Shown here: in pieces, positions 55,607-63,929 of the stretch
Position numbering within the stretch: position 1 is the first letter of the stretch
How the letters are laid out: the number at the start of each line of letters is the position of its first letter
Source: Minisyncoccota bacterium
GTDB taxonomy: Bacteria; Patescibacteriota; Minisyncoccia; UBA6257
NCBI GenBank assembly: GCA_028694995.1
Contig: JAQVJU010000001.1
Location: forward strand, 15,314-79,313
Length of the DNA stretch: 64,000 nt
Reading direction: 5' to 3'
Translations under genes and position numbers: made by a program
Notes under the pieces: generated by a model
Database searches by the model: none
What the model saw: only the letters and a program-made list of their open reading frames with translations
Told to the model about the DNA's origin: nothing

Positions 55607-57526
55607 ATGACAATAATTAATTCACAAAAAATGAAAAAAACTTTAATCTTTTCCCTTTTATTAAGCGGAATTTTATTATTTAATATAATGCCTTTTTTTG
55701 CTGAGGCAGCTATTTTAGTTACTGGCACTAGAGAAAGCCATGATGCTAGTTATGTCTCAGTAGCCGTAGTTGATAGACCTCCTCATTGCGCTGATTGCAC
55801 CACAACTACTACTCGACCGCCTCACTGCACCACTACTACCACTACTAGACCTCCGCATTGCACCACTACTACCACTACTAGTACTACCAGGCCTCCTTAT
55901 TGCCAAACTTATAACTGTAATATTAATACTTGGCAATGCGTTGAAGCTCCATGTGGCACAGGACAATATTCTTCATTAACTAGTTGCCAAGCTAATTGCA
56001 AAGCTCCAATCACTCGTTACTCTTGCAATACAAACACTTGGCAATGTGTTGTTAATCCTTATGGACCATATACTTCTTTAAGTTCTTGCCAAACTAATTG
56101 TATATCTCCAATCACTCGTTATTCTTGTAATACTAATACTTGGCAATGTGTTATTGATTCTGTTGGACCATACACTTCTTTATCTACATGTCAGGCTAAC
56201 TGTAAAGCCCCAATAACTCGTTATTCTTGTAATACAAATACTTGGCAATGCTATCAAGATACTTATGGGCCATATACTTCTTTAAATTCTTGTCAAAATG
56301 ATTGTAAAGCTCCAGTAACCCGATATTCTTGTAATACAAATACTTGGCAATGCTATCAAGATACTTATGGGCCATATACTTCTTTAAATTCTTGTCAAAA
56401 TGATTGCCAATCTTCTGTTATTTCTCTTAATGTTTCTTGTTATGCCTCACCTAGCTCAGCACAAACTTATCAAACTATCACTTTTTACAGTAATGTTTCT
56501 GGAGGAACAGGAAATTATTCCTATTCTTGGTCTGGTTCAGCTTCTGGCAATCAATCTTATTCTCAAAGAAGCTTTAGCAACCCAGGCTCTTATACAGCCT
56601 TTTTAACTGTTTATGATTCACAAGGCAGAAGCGCCAATACTTCTTGTAGCACCTATGTTAGCAGTGGCAGTAATCAATGCCCTAATCCTCCAACCATAAA
56701 TCTTTGGGCTGACAAATACAGTGTTCAACAAGGGGAAACAACTTATCTTCGCTGGACTTCTAGTAATGCCAATTATTGTGTTGCCTCAAATGGCTGGAGC
56801 AATAACAAATCAACAAGCGGCATTGAAACAATCAGTCCAATTAGCAATACAACATATACCTTAACTTGTTATGGATATGGTAATTGTGGTTCTATATCTC
56901 AATCAGTTACTATTTACACTGCAACAACTCAAACTGGTTTAAATCTTACAAAATTAGGACGCAATCTCTCTGGTGGCAGTAGAGTTTATTCAAAGGTCAT
57001 TCAAGTATTAGAAAATGACATTATTGAATTCCATCTTACAGTGAGTGCCGGCAATAATGTTGATTTATATAATGTGATTGTTAAAGATCCATTACCTTCA
57101 GTTCTTACTTATATGCCTGGGACTACAAAAATAGGAGGGGTTACTCAACCCGATACTATTACTACAACTGGTTTATCTCTTGGTACTATTTATCAAAACA
57201 CTAGCAAGGTCATTACTTTTCAAGCTAGAAGTGGTCCTTCTTCTGTGTATTTAAGTCATACTAATACTGCTGAAGCAACAGCTAATAATCAAAACAAAGT
57301 AACAGATAGCGCAACTGTCACCTATGGATTAGTTGCTGGAGCCGCTACAGTAAAAACAGGTGTTAATAATTCATTGTTAATATCTTTTACTCTGAGCTTA
57401 ATGATTGCTTTTGCCATCTGGTGTTATCTTCGATTTAATCCTAGTGGGCAATTAGCTTTAGCAACTATAGAAAGAAAAACCCGTGATTCTTATCTTGCCC
57501 TTGCTCGTTATCGTAATCGTAAATAA
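55607..57526 (+). CDS. large repeat-containing cell-surface protein (about 640 aa; likely true start 55631, MKKTLIFSLLL..AEAA signal peptide), C-terminal TM anchor
   Basis: Signal peptide; Thr-rich TTTTTRPPHC x3; about 5.5 tandem 34-aa Cys modules (ITRYSCNTNTWQCV..YGPYTSLSSCQ.NC.AP); beta-rich C-terminal region; hydrophobic C-terminus LLISFTLSLMIAFAIWCYL. Confidence 0.55.
   Translation: MTIINSQKMKKTLIFSLLLSGILLFNIMPFFAEAAILVTGTRESHDASYVSVAVVDRPPHCADCTTTTTRPPHCTTTTTTRPPHCTTTTTTSTTRPPYCQTYNCNINTWQCVEAPCGTGQYSSLTSCQANCKAPITRYSCNTNTWQCVVNPYGPYTSLSSCQTNCISPITRYSCNTNTWQCVIDSVGPYTSLSTCQANCKAPITRYSCNTNTWQCYQDTYGPYTSLNSCQNDCKAPVTRYSCNTNTWQCYQDTYGPYTSLNSCQNDCQSSVISLNVSCYASPSSAQTYQTITFYSNVSGGTGNYSYSWSGSASGNQSYSQRSFSNPGSYTAFLTVYDSQGRSANTSCSTYVSSGSNQCPNPPTINLWADKYSVQQGETTYLRWTSSNANYCVASNGWSNNKSTSGIETISPISNTTYTLTCYGYGNCGSISQSVTIYTATTQTGLNLTKLGRNLSGGSRVYSKVIQVLENDIIEFHLTVSAGNNVDLYNVIVKDPLPSVLTYMPGTTKIGGVTQPDTITTTGLSLGTIYQNTSKVITFQARSGPSSVYLSHTNTAEATANNQNKVTDSATVTYGLVAGAATVKTGVNNSLLISFTLSLMIAFAIWCYLRFNPSGQLALATIERKTRDSYLALARYRNRK
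55896..56410 (+). repeat. in-frame tandem 102-bp (34-codon) repeats; the last two copies are nearly identical (82 bp perfectly identical)
   Basis: ATTCTTGTAATACAAATACTTGGCAATGCTATCAAGATACTTATGGGCCATATACTTCTTTAAATTCTTGTCAAAATGATTG occurs at 56223 and again at 56325. Confidence 0.8.
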
Positions 57527-57547
57527 ACAAGAAAATCAGGAATAATT

Positions 57548-57575
57548 AAAACCACCCTTAAATGAGGGTGGTTTT
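57548..57575. terminator. rho-independent terminator of the surface-protein gene (abuts the tRNA-His 3' end)
   Basis: AAACCACCC-TTAAATGA-GGGTGGTTTT. Confidence 0.75.
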
Positions 57576-57576
57576 A

Positions 57577-57660
57577 ATTTACAAAGGGTGACCAGAGGGA
57601 TTTGAACCCTCGCTGGCAGTTCCACAGACTGCCGTGCTAACCAACTACACCATGGCCACC
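57577..57660 (-). tRNA. tRNA-His (anticodon GUG) with genomically encoded G-1, no CCA encoded
   Basis: Reverse complement G-GTGGCCA-TG-GTGTAGTTGGTTAGCAC-G-GCAGT-CTGTGGA-ACTGC-CAGC-GAGGG-TTCAAAT-CCCTC-TGGTCAC-C (G-1 pairs with C73). Confidence 0.85.
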
Positions 57661-57730
57661 ATTATCAGTTTTTAATTATAAGATAAAAAACCTTTTCTTT
57701 CAAGTAAAATTATGATAAACTAGGTAAGTT

Positions 57731-57804
57731 CTCCCTGTAGCTTAACTGGATAAAGCGCCTCCCTTCTAAGGAGGAAAGTGCAGGTTCGAGTCCTGCCAGG
57801 GAGA
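57731..57804 (+). tRNA. tRNA-Arg (anticodon UCU), no CCA encoded
   Basis: CTCCCTG-TA-GCTTAACTGGATAAAGC-G-CCTCC-CTTCTAA-GGAGG-AAAGT-GCAGG-TTCGAGT-CCTGC-CAGGGAG-A. Confidence 0.85.
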
Positions 57805-57811
57805 CTTAATA

Positions 57812-57885
57812 CGGGGGATAGTGTAATGGCAGCACGAGTCCTTTGGGAGGATTTAGTCCGGGTTCAAGTCCCGGTTCCCCGACCA
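57812..57885 (+). tRNA. tRNA-Pro (anticodon UGG), CCA encoded
   Basis: CGGGGGA-TA-GTGTAATGGCAGCAC-G-AGTCC-TTTGGGA-GGATT-TAGTC-CCGGG-TTCAAGT-CCCGG-TTCCCCG-ACCA. Confidence 0.85.
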
Positions 57886-57926
57886 GATTAAATCAAGAAA
57901 GTTTTCTACTTGCTTTGCAAGTATTT

Positions 57927-58112
57927 TTATTTTCCTAATTCCTTTATTGCATTCAGAGGACATATTTTTTTACACTCTCCGCATTTCTTGCATTTTTCTT
58001 GATCAATAAAAGATTTACCATCTTTTTCAATTTTAATTGCATTATAAGGACAAGCTTGAACACAAGCCCCACAACCAACACAAATTGACTTATCTACTTT
58101 AAAGCTTTTCAT
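57927..58112 (-). CDS. 2x[4Fe-4S] ferredoxin
   Basis: 61 aa; CVGCGACVQACP and CKKCGECKKICP cluster motifs. Confidence 0.8.
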   Translation of the reverse strand: MKSFKVDKSICVGCGACVQACPYNAIKIEKDGKSFIDQEKCKKCGECKKICPLNAIKELGK

Positions 58113-58161
58113 CTTTTTATTATAATCCTTAATAAATTTATTTACAAAAATTTTTAAATTT

Positions 58162-58188
58162 AAAACTGCGGATTTAGTCCGCAGTTTT
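58162..58188. terminator. bidirectional rho-independent terminator
   Basis: AAAACTGCGGA-TTTAG-TCCGCAGTTTT (11-bp stem including A/T runs). Confidence 0.7.
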
Positions 58189-58206
58189 ATTCTTAGTGTT
58201 TTATAA

Positions 58207-59154
58207 TTAAAAACACATTATCTCAATCATTTCTTTTTCAGGAGATTCTTCATACTCTTCTAATCCAGGAATTGGTTCATAATCTTCTATACCCTTAGCT
58301 GGTTTAGGAATAATATATTGAACTTCTCGGTTTTGAGGGATTTGATCAAAAGGCATTTCTATTACTTCAAGATTTGTTAACCATTCATCAAAACCTGTTC
58401 GCCAAGTAACTTTATTTGAATTTAAAGCTTTCTCATATTCTTGCCACCAGGTTAATCTAGTGCCTCCTAAATAAGAATGGGAAACTAAAATCATGTCAGA
58501 AGGTTTATTGTTAAGACAATAATTTATAACCTCACCAAATTTCTTAGCACCAGCTCCTCTGGCCCATAAACTATAATCACATAAAGAGCCTCTACCCATT
58601 TCTTCAAATGGCACATTAGAAACAGAAACAATTTTTACATTGTATCCTTCTGGTTTATAAACAACTGCTTTTTCTTCTGCTGTGCCTCGAGCCAGAATAT
58701 AGCCTATGCCTAAATCTTCTGCGGCCTTAACTGTATTTTCATCATAGGCAAAGTAACGAGAAGCAAATACTCTCATTGGCTTATTAGTAATACATTCAAC
58801 AGCCTCTTTTGCTTCTTTCATTAAAGCATGTTGTCTATCATATGAAACATCCCAAAAAGGTTCTTCTGCATAAAGACCAGAAATTTCATATCCTTTATCA
58901 GCTAATCTTTTAAAAACATCTGGAAATTCATTTAAGATGTTTTCTTGAGCCTGAATTAAGGCTGTAATGCCTTGTTCATCTAAAGTCTTTTCCCAATGAA
59001 GAATTCCTTCAATTCCTTCAAACTCAATGAGCATAATCAAGCCGTTTATTTTATCAGCTATTTTATCAGCTGGTTGTTGGAAAATATCTGTACCTGCTAA
59101 TATTAAAATTGCTAATAAAATTAAACCAAGAATTAAATATGTATTTTTACTCAT
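58207..59154 (-). CDS. hypothetical membrane-anchored extracellular protein (315 aa)
   Basis: N-terminal TM (LILGLILLAILILAG), then a soluble domain with no motif I can name. Confidence 0.4.
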   Translation of the reverse strand: MSKNTYLILGLILLAILILAGTDIFQQPADKIADKINGLIMLIEFEGIEGILHWEKTLDEQGITALIQAQENILNEFPDVFKRLADKGYEISGLYAEEPFWDVSYDRQHALMKEAKEAVECITNKPMRVFASRYFAYDENTVKAAEDLGIGYILARGTAEEKAVVYKPEGYNVKIVSVSNVPFEEMGRGSLCDYSLWARGAGAKKFGEVINYCLNNKPSDMILVSHSYLGGTRLTWWQEYEKALNSNKVTWRTGFDEWLTNLEVIEMPFDQIPQNREVQYIIPKPAKGIEDYEPIPGLEEYEESPEKEMIEIMCF

Positions 59155-59210
59155 ATTGTTAAATAGTTTTAATTTTATCCGACCTTTTATTTAGTTTTTA
59201 TTAAAAAACT

Positions 59211-60800
59211 TTAAGCAAACATTAGTAATTCAGGTTTAAAAATCATCAAAATTCCAATAAGGAGCATTAAAATTCCTCCAATTAAATAGGAAAGTCGCGT
59301 GTATTTATTTGTCAAACCAGTTACTTTTAAAGTTAACATGGCGCCTATAAAAACAATTAAATCATCGAGCATGAAAATAAAGATATACAATAACATGTAA
59401 GAATAATATTGCCAGTTAGTTAAATTGCTTAAAGCCAAAGTTTGGGTAAATACAACTGGAAAACCAATTGAACAAACTAATTCTATCAAATTAACCATGC
59501 CCGCTAAAAGAATAATACCTATCAAGGACAAGATTAAAGATTTCTTATGAACAATTGATTTTACTTTATCTAGAATAGATTTTTTTTGTTCAACATTGGT
59601 CGCCTTGCAAGCAGCATCTGGATTAATAAAATAATCTCTTAAATTGTAAATACCACTACTAATGGCTACTAATCCTATTAATAATCTAATCCAGAAAATA
59701 AACCCAAGGAAAAGAATTAAGTTCAGCCAAGCTGCCATAAAAAGAAAGTAGACAAAGGCTGAAGCAATAATAAAAGTAAAGCCCAAGATCCACATTTTCT
59801 TTCTATCCTTAATTTTAATCAGAAAACTGATTAAAAAAACTAACACCCACATTGCGCAAGGATTAAACCCATCAAGCCCGCCTAAAACAATAGATAGAAC
59901 TGGCAAAGAAAGATCTTTTGTTTTTACTTCACCTATTAAAGGGATTTTAATCTTATCTGGTAGTGGTTTTTCTTTGGTTGATTCTCCAAAATGAGTAAAA
60001 CGAGTGATAATACTTTCTACTAAATCAGGACATTCTTGTTCTATATAGCATTTTATTGATTCTTCTATCATCTTACCTGAAACTTCTTCATTGTGCCAAC
60101 CTATTATAATTTTTTCTCCAATTACCAATAAAGGTAAATCTGGATTCTGGATACCAAACTCCTCTATTATTTGTTTTAATATTTCAGCGTTTTTAGTCTG
60201 AGTAGTATTAAGATAAACAATATTAAGATTAGGGTATTTGTCTTTAGTTTCATCTAAATAATTTTTCTCTTGGGCACATAATGGACAACCATCAGTCCAA
60301 AAAAGATAAGCTTTGATTTCTTCTTGATTGACTAAAGTGGTTGTTGTGGTGCTTGTGGGTGGAGTTTGTTGTGTGGTCATAGTTGTTTGATCAGAAAAAA
60401 GCATGGCTTTAATTGAATCTGAACAAACATTATTCAAACAATTCAAAACCAACTCTTCTATCTGTTGGCCCGTGGTTTCATCTTGGTGATAACCAATCAA
60501 AGGTTCATCATTTATTATCATTATGGGCACACCAGGAATATCTATCTCTAGTTTTTCTCCTATCTCAATTAATAAATCACGATTTGCTTTGTTGTTATAA
60601 ATCTCAAAACTATAAACCTTAAGAGAAGGATATTTTGATTCCAAAGACTTTAAAAATAATTCCTCTTGAGCACAATGAGGACAGCCCTGACCCCAGAAGA
60701 AATAAAGATTAATTTCATCTTCCTGGGCAAAAGAATTTTTAGCAACGCAGCCAAAAATTATAACAAGACCAATTAAGCCTAATAAAAAATATTTTTTCAT
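59211..60800 (-). CDS. fusion protein: two thioredoxin-fold (CxxC) domains + CcdA/DsbD-like transmembrane disulfide-transfer domain
   Basis: Signal peptide; WGQGCPHCAQE and WTDGCPLCAQE active sites separated by a Thr-rich linker; C-terminal polytopic domain with GLDGFNPCAMWVL motif. Confidence 0.55.
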   Translation of the reverse strand: MKKYFLLGLIGLVIIFGCVAKNSFAQEDEINLYFFWGQGCPHCAQEELFLKSLESKYPSLKVYSFEIYNNKANRDLLIEIGEKLEIDIPGVPIMIINDEPLIGYHQDETTGQQIEELVLNCLNNVCSDSIKAMLFSDQTTMTTQQTPPTSTTTTTLVNQEEIKAYLFWTDGCPLCAQEKNYLDETKDKYPNLNIVYLNTTQTKNAEILKQIIEEFGIQNPDLPLLVIGEKIIIGWHNEEVSGKMIEESIKCYIEQECPDLVESIITRFTHFGESTKEKPLPDKIKIPLIGEVKTKDLSLPVLSIVLGGLDGFNPCAMWVLVFLISFLIKIKDRKKMWILGFTFIIASAFVYFLFMAAWLNLILFLGFIFWIRLLIGLVAISSGIYNLRDYFINPDAACKATNVEQKKSILDKVKSIVHKKSLILSLIGIILLAGMVNLIELVCSIGFPVVFTQTLALSNLTNWQYYSYMLLYIFIFMLDDLIVFIGAMLTLKVTGLTNKYTRLSYLIGGILMLLIGILMIFKPELLMFA

Positions 60801-60810
60801 TATCTTTAAA

Positions 60811-61734
60811 TTAATTATTCAATTCTTTGATATATGAATAGGCAGAAAGGGCAGCTGAGGCGCCTTGGCCAACAGCAACAACAATTTGCTTAAAAGGAAA
60901 ATCACAAACATCACCAGCAACAAAAATCCCTTTATGAGAAGTTTCCATGGTTTTTAAATTACTCATAATTTCCCTTTTTTCATTTAAATCAATGAATCCT
61001 TTTACAAACTCTGTATTTGGCATAACACCAATTTGAATAAAGCAACCAGCTGTTTCTATTTCATGAATTTTTTTTGTCTTTCGTTCCTGATAAACAATTT
61101 TTTTTAATTCTCCATCCCCTTCAAAACTTAAAACTTCTGCATTAGTGATTATTTGAATTCTTGATTGATTTTCTATTTCTTCTTTTAAGATCTCATCACA
61201 AGTTAAATGATCCAAGTATTCTAATAAATAAATTTCTGAAGCAAATTTTAAAAGGCTAATTGCTGCTTCAGCTCCAGTGTTTCCGCCGCCAATTACTGCT
61301 ACTTTTTTATTTTCAAAAGCCTTTTCATCGCAAGTAAGGCAATAAGAAATTCCTTTTCCTATAAACCTCTCTTCATTTTTAATGTTTAATCTTTTTAATT
61401 CTGCGCCTGTGGCAATAATTATTGCTAGACTATTATATTCTTTTTCTTTAGTCTTCAACTTAAAACCAACTTTCAATTTTTCTATCTTAATAACTTCTTC
61501 ATAATTCTGTATGGTTATTTCATTTTGAACCAAATGATTATGAAATAATTTTAATAAATCCCTACCATTGATTTTTGGAAAACCAGGATAGTTTTCTATT
61601 CTCCAAGACAAGCCAACTTGACCTAAAAACTCTTTAGTAATTAATAATGTTTTTAACTTTTTCCGGGAAGCATAAATACCCGCGGTAATTCCAGCTGGAC
61701 CACCACCTAGAATAATTAAATCATATTGTGCCAT
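60811..61734 (-). CDS. trxB: thioredoxin-disulfide reductase-like FAD/NAD(P) oxidoreductase
   Basis: FAD motif IILGGGPAGITAGIYA, redox-active CLTCDE, NAD motif VAVIGGGNTGAEAA. Confidence 0.7.
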   Translation of the reverse strand: MAQYDLIILGGGPAGITAGIYASRKKLKTLLITKEFLGQVGLSWRIENYPGFPKINGRDLLKLFHNHLVQNEITIQNYEEVIKIEKLKVGFKLKTKEKEYNSLAIIIATGAELKRLNIKNEERFIGKGISYCLTCDEKAFENKKVAVIGGGNTGAEAAISLLKFASEIYLLEYLDHLTCDEILKEEIENQSRIQIITNAEVLSFEGDGELKKIVYQERKTKKIHEIETAGCFIQIGVMPNTEFVKGFIDLNEKREIMSNLKTMETSHKGIFVAGDVCDFPFKQIVVAVGQGASAALSAYSYIKELNN

Positions 61735-61975
61735 ATTTTTTCAAAGCTTCATCAATTTTTTCTTTTTTCCAACCAATAATTATTTCATCATTTATTATTA
61801 AAACAGGAATATTTTTTTGTTTGGAAATTTCTTCCATTTCCTGTCTCTTTTCTGGTTGTTCATATAAGTCAATTTCTTCAAACCCAATTCCTTGATGTGA
61901 TAAATAATCTTTAACCACATAACAATAAGAACAATCTGGGGATGAATAAATTTTGATTTTTACTTTTTCTGTCAT
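61721..61975 (-). CDS. glutaredoxin/NrdH-like small redoxin
   Basis: 84 aa; IKIYSSPDCSYCYVVKDYL (CxxC) with Grx fold pattern. Confidence 0.7.
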   Translation of the reverse strand: MTEKVKIKIYSSPDCSYCYVVKDYLSHQGIGFEEIDLYEQPEKRQEMEEISKQKNIPVLIINDEIIIGWKKEKIDEALKKYGTI

Positions 61976-62088
61976 TTTTGATTCTTTAATTTTTACTATA
62001 ACAAATTATAACAAAGAAATTAAATAAGAAAAAGAATATTCAATTAATATCCTTTTTCTGATATACTTTTGAAAAGAAAATTTATAAG

Positions 62089-62159
62089 GGGCTGGTAGGT
62101 AAATGGCATACCACGGCATTCGCATTGCCGAATTCCGGGTTCGATTCCCGGTCAGTCCA
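62089..62159 (+). tRNA. tRNA-Ala (anticodon CGC) with G3.U70, no CCA encoded
   Basis: GGGCTGG-TA-GGTAAATGGCATACC-A-CGGCA-TTCGCAT-TGCCG-AATTC-CGGG-TTCGATT-CCCGG-TCAGTCC-A; G3 pairs with U70. Confidence 0.75.
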
Positions 62160-62191
62160 CTAACAAAATCTCTGTTTTTAAAACAGAGATT

Positions 62192-63286
62192 TTATTTTCT
62201 CTCTAGGTTCTTTTCACAATCAGGACATTTAAAGATTGAGCAAGGTGTGCCGCGCTGATGAGGAATTTTATACCCGCATTCTGGGCAAACACAATAACCG
62301 CCTGGCCCTAATCCAGTTGCCTCTTCTATCTTGTTTTTAAACCGACCGCGCCTTTGCCAGCCATAGCTGCGACCTATCATTGGCTTATAATACCCTGTTT
62401 CAAGTTCATGGCTCTGAATCTGAATCATCACATAAGTAAGATTTTTAATCTCTTCCATTAATTCTTTTCTTAATTTATCTGAAATTTCAGTTGCCTCTTG
62501 AACTTTTAAATTACTTGGTAAGTTTATCTCCAAACTAGCAGTTATAGCAGAGCCTTTCTTTTGAGTCTTTAAAGAATCAATTAGAATATTTTGTTTTGTA
62601 GCAATTTCATTTATTTTTGTTTCAATTTCTGGATCTGCTGAAACATCTAATAAAGAATCAGCTGCTTCTTTACCTAAAGAAAAAGATTCTTTAATAACAT
62701 AAATTCCAATTAAAAAAGCTAAGATTGAATCTGTGTAAATCCAATATTTTGTTAAAAACAATCCTATAAAAACCACTAAAGAAGCATAAACATCTATTCG
62801 AGAATGGACTCCATCAGACAATAGGGCGATTGAGTTTTCTTTCTTACCAAAATGAATTTTTAATCGAGCCATTATTTCATTAACTAAGGCAGAAATAATC
62901 ATAATACCAAAAGCTAAAACTGGAATCTTTATTATAGAGGGATTAACAAAACTCTGAACAGCTTCATAAATAATTCCAATCCCTGTGGCTAGAAGTATTA
63001 AGGTAATCACCATTCCAGCTAAGACCTCAAATTTATAATATCCATAAGGATGTTTTTGATCTTCTGGTTTCTTTGATATCTTAATACCAATAAATCCTAT
63101 GACTGAGGAAAAAATATCCATTAAAGAATGAATTCCTTCTGCCAAAACAGCTGTTGAACTAGAAAAGAGACCAATGCTAATTTTTGCACCAGCTAAAAAG
63201 ATATTAGATATTATAGAAACTAAAGCAATTTTTTCTTTCATTTTTTTACTTATTTTGACTATACGCCCATAACTGTCTTTTGTCAA
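62192..63286 (-). CDS. cation diffusion facilitator (CDF) family metal transporter with C-terminal Cys4 zinc-ribbon
   Basis: 6 TM CDF core (HSLMDIFSS, LSDGVHS metal-site motifs), cytoplasmic domain, then CVCPECG...CPDCEK. Confidence 0.75.
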   Translation of the reverse strand: MTKDSYGRIVKISKKMKEKIALVSIISNIFLAGAKISIGLFSSSTAVLAEGIHSLMDIFSSVIGFIGIKISKKPEDQKHPYGYYKFEVLAGMVITLILLATGIGIIYEAVQSFVNPSIIKIPVLAFGIMIISALVNEIMARLKIHFGKKENSIALLSDGVHSRIDVYASLVVFIGLFLTKYWIYTDSILAFLIGIYVIKESFSLGKEAADSLLDVSADPEIETKINEIATKQNILIDSLKTQKKGSAITASLEINLPSNLKVQEATEISDKLRKELMEEIKNLTYVMIQIQSHELETGYYKPMIGRSYGWQRRGRFKNKIEEATGLGPGGYCVCPECGYKIPHQRGTPCSIFKCPDCEKNLERK

Positions 63287-63390
63287 TTTTTAATTTAAAA
63301 TATAAAACCTGATCTCTAAGTCATAATTAAATATCTTTTATCTTTTATTGCAATAAAATAAAATTTAATAATAACTAAGATTAATTTTAT

Positions 63391-63645
63391 TTTTGGCTTA
63401 ACAAAGCTAAAACCTGCTTAAAAACCAGGTTTGCGCTTAAATAAGCCATTTCTTTGAAATTGTTTCACACTTTGTTTCACACAATGTTTCATGTGAAACA
63501 TTTTATCTCATAAATCAGGGTATTTTTCTATTTTTGGCTTAACAGAGCCAAAACCCGTCAAAATGCCGGGTTTGCGCTTAAATAAGCCATTTCTTTGAAA
63601 TTGTTTCACACTTTGTTTCACACAATGTTTCATGTGAAACATTTT
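63391..63645. repeat. two copies of a ~114-bp direct repeat (63391-63504 and 63532-63645) upstream of nusA
   Basis: Each copy: TTTTGGCTTAACA.AGC.AAAACC-hairpin-GCGCTTAAATAAGCCATTTCTTTGAAATTGTTTCACACTTTGTTTCACACAATGTTTCATGTGAAACATTTT; the hairpin arms differ by compensatory changes. Confidence 0.8.
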
Positions 63646-63929
63646 GCTTAAAATTGTAAAAAATACATGTTAATATATCTTAATAATATCTATATAATAT
63701 AAATTATTGTTTTTTATAAAAAAATGATTTTCTCTTTAAAAAACTAACTTAAGTTCTTTTGTATGATAAAACTCTATTTTAAAATTTTTCTCTGAATTGC
63801 AATCTTTGATTTTTTTAATAAAAACTATTAATGCTTAATTATAAAAGTTGACTTTTGAAAAAAAGAGAGTAGAATAAGTGTTAATGAAGAGATCGCGAAA
63901 AGCGGTCTTTCTTAATAAAAATTAAAAAA

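Noticed and set aside
55780-56420. Diversity-generating retroelement (DGR) variable/template repeat pair in the repetitive surface-protein gene
   Set aside because: There is no reverse transcriptase gene anywhere in the window. The repeat copies are in-frame protein modules, and their differences are not adenine-specific.
63391-63645. Possible CRISPR array or oriC (DnaA-box cluster) at the direct repeats upstream of nusA
   Set aside because: Only two copies of a long (114 bp) unit are present, with no short regular repeat-spacer structure and no cas genes. The TGTTTCAC motifs differ from the DnaA box TTATCCACA at 3 positions, and neither dnaA nor dnaN is adjacent. It is kept as an unexplained regulatory or RNA repeat instead.
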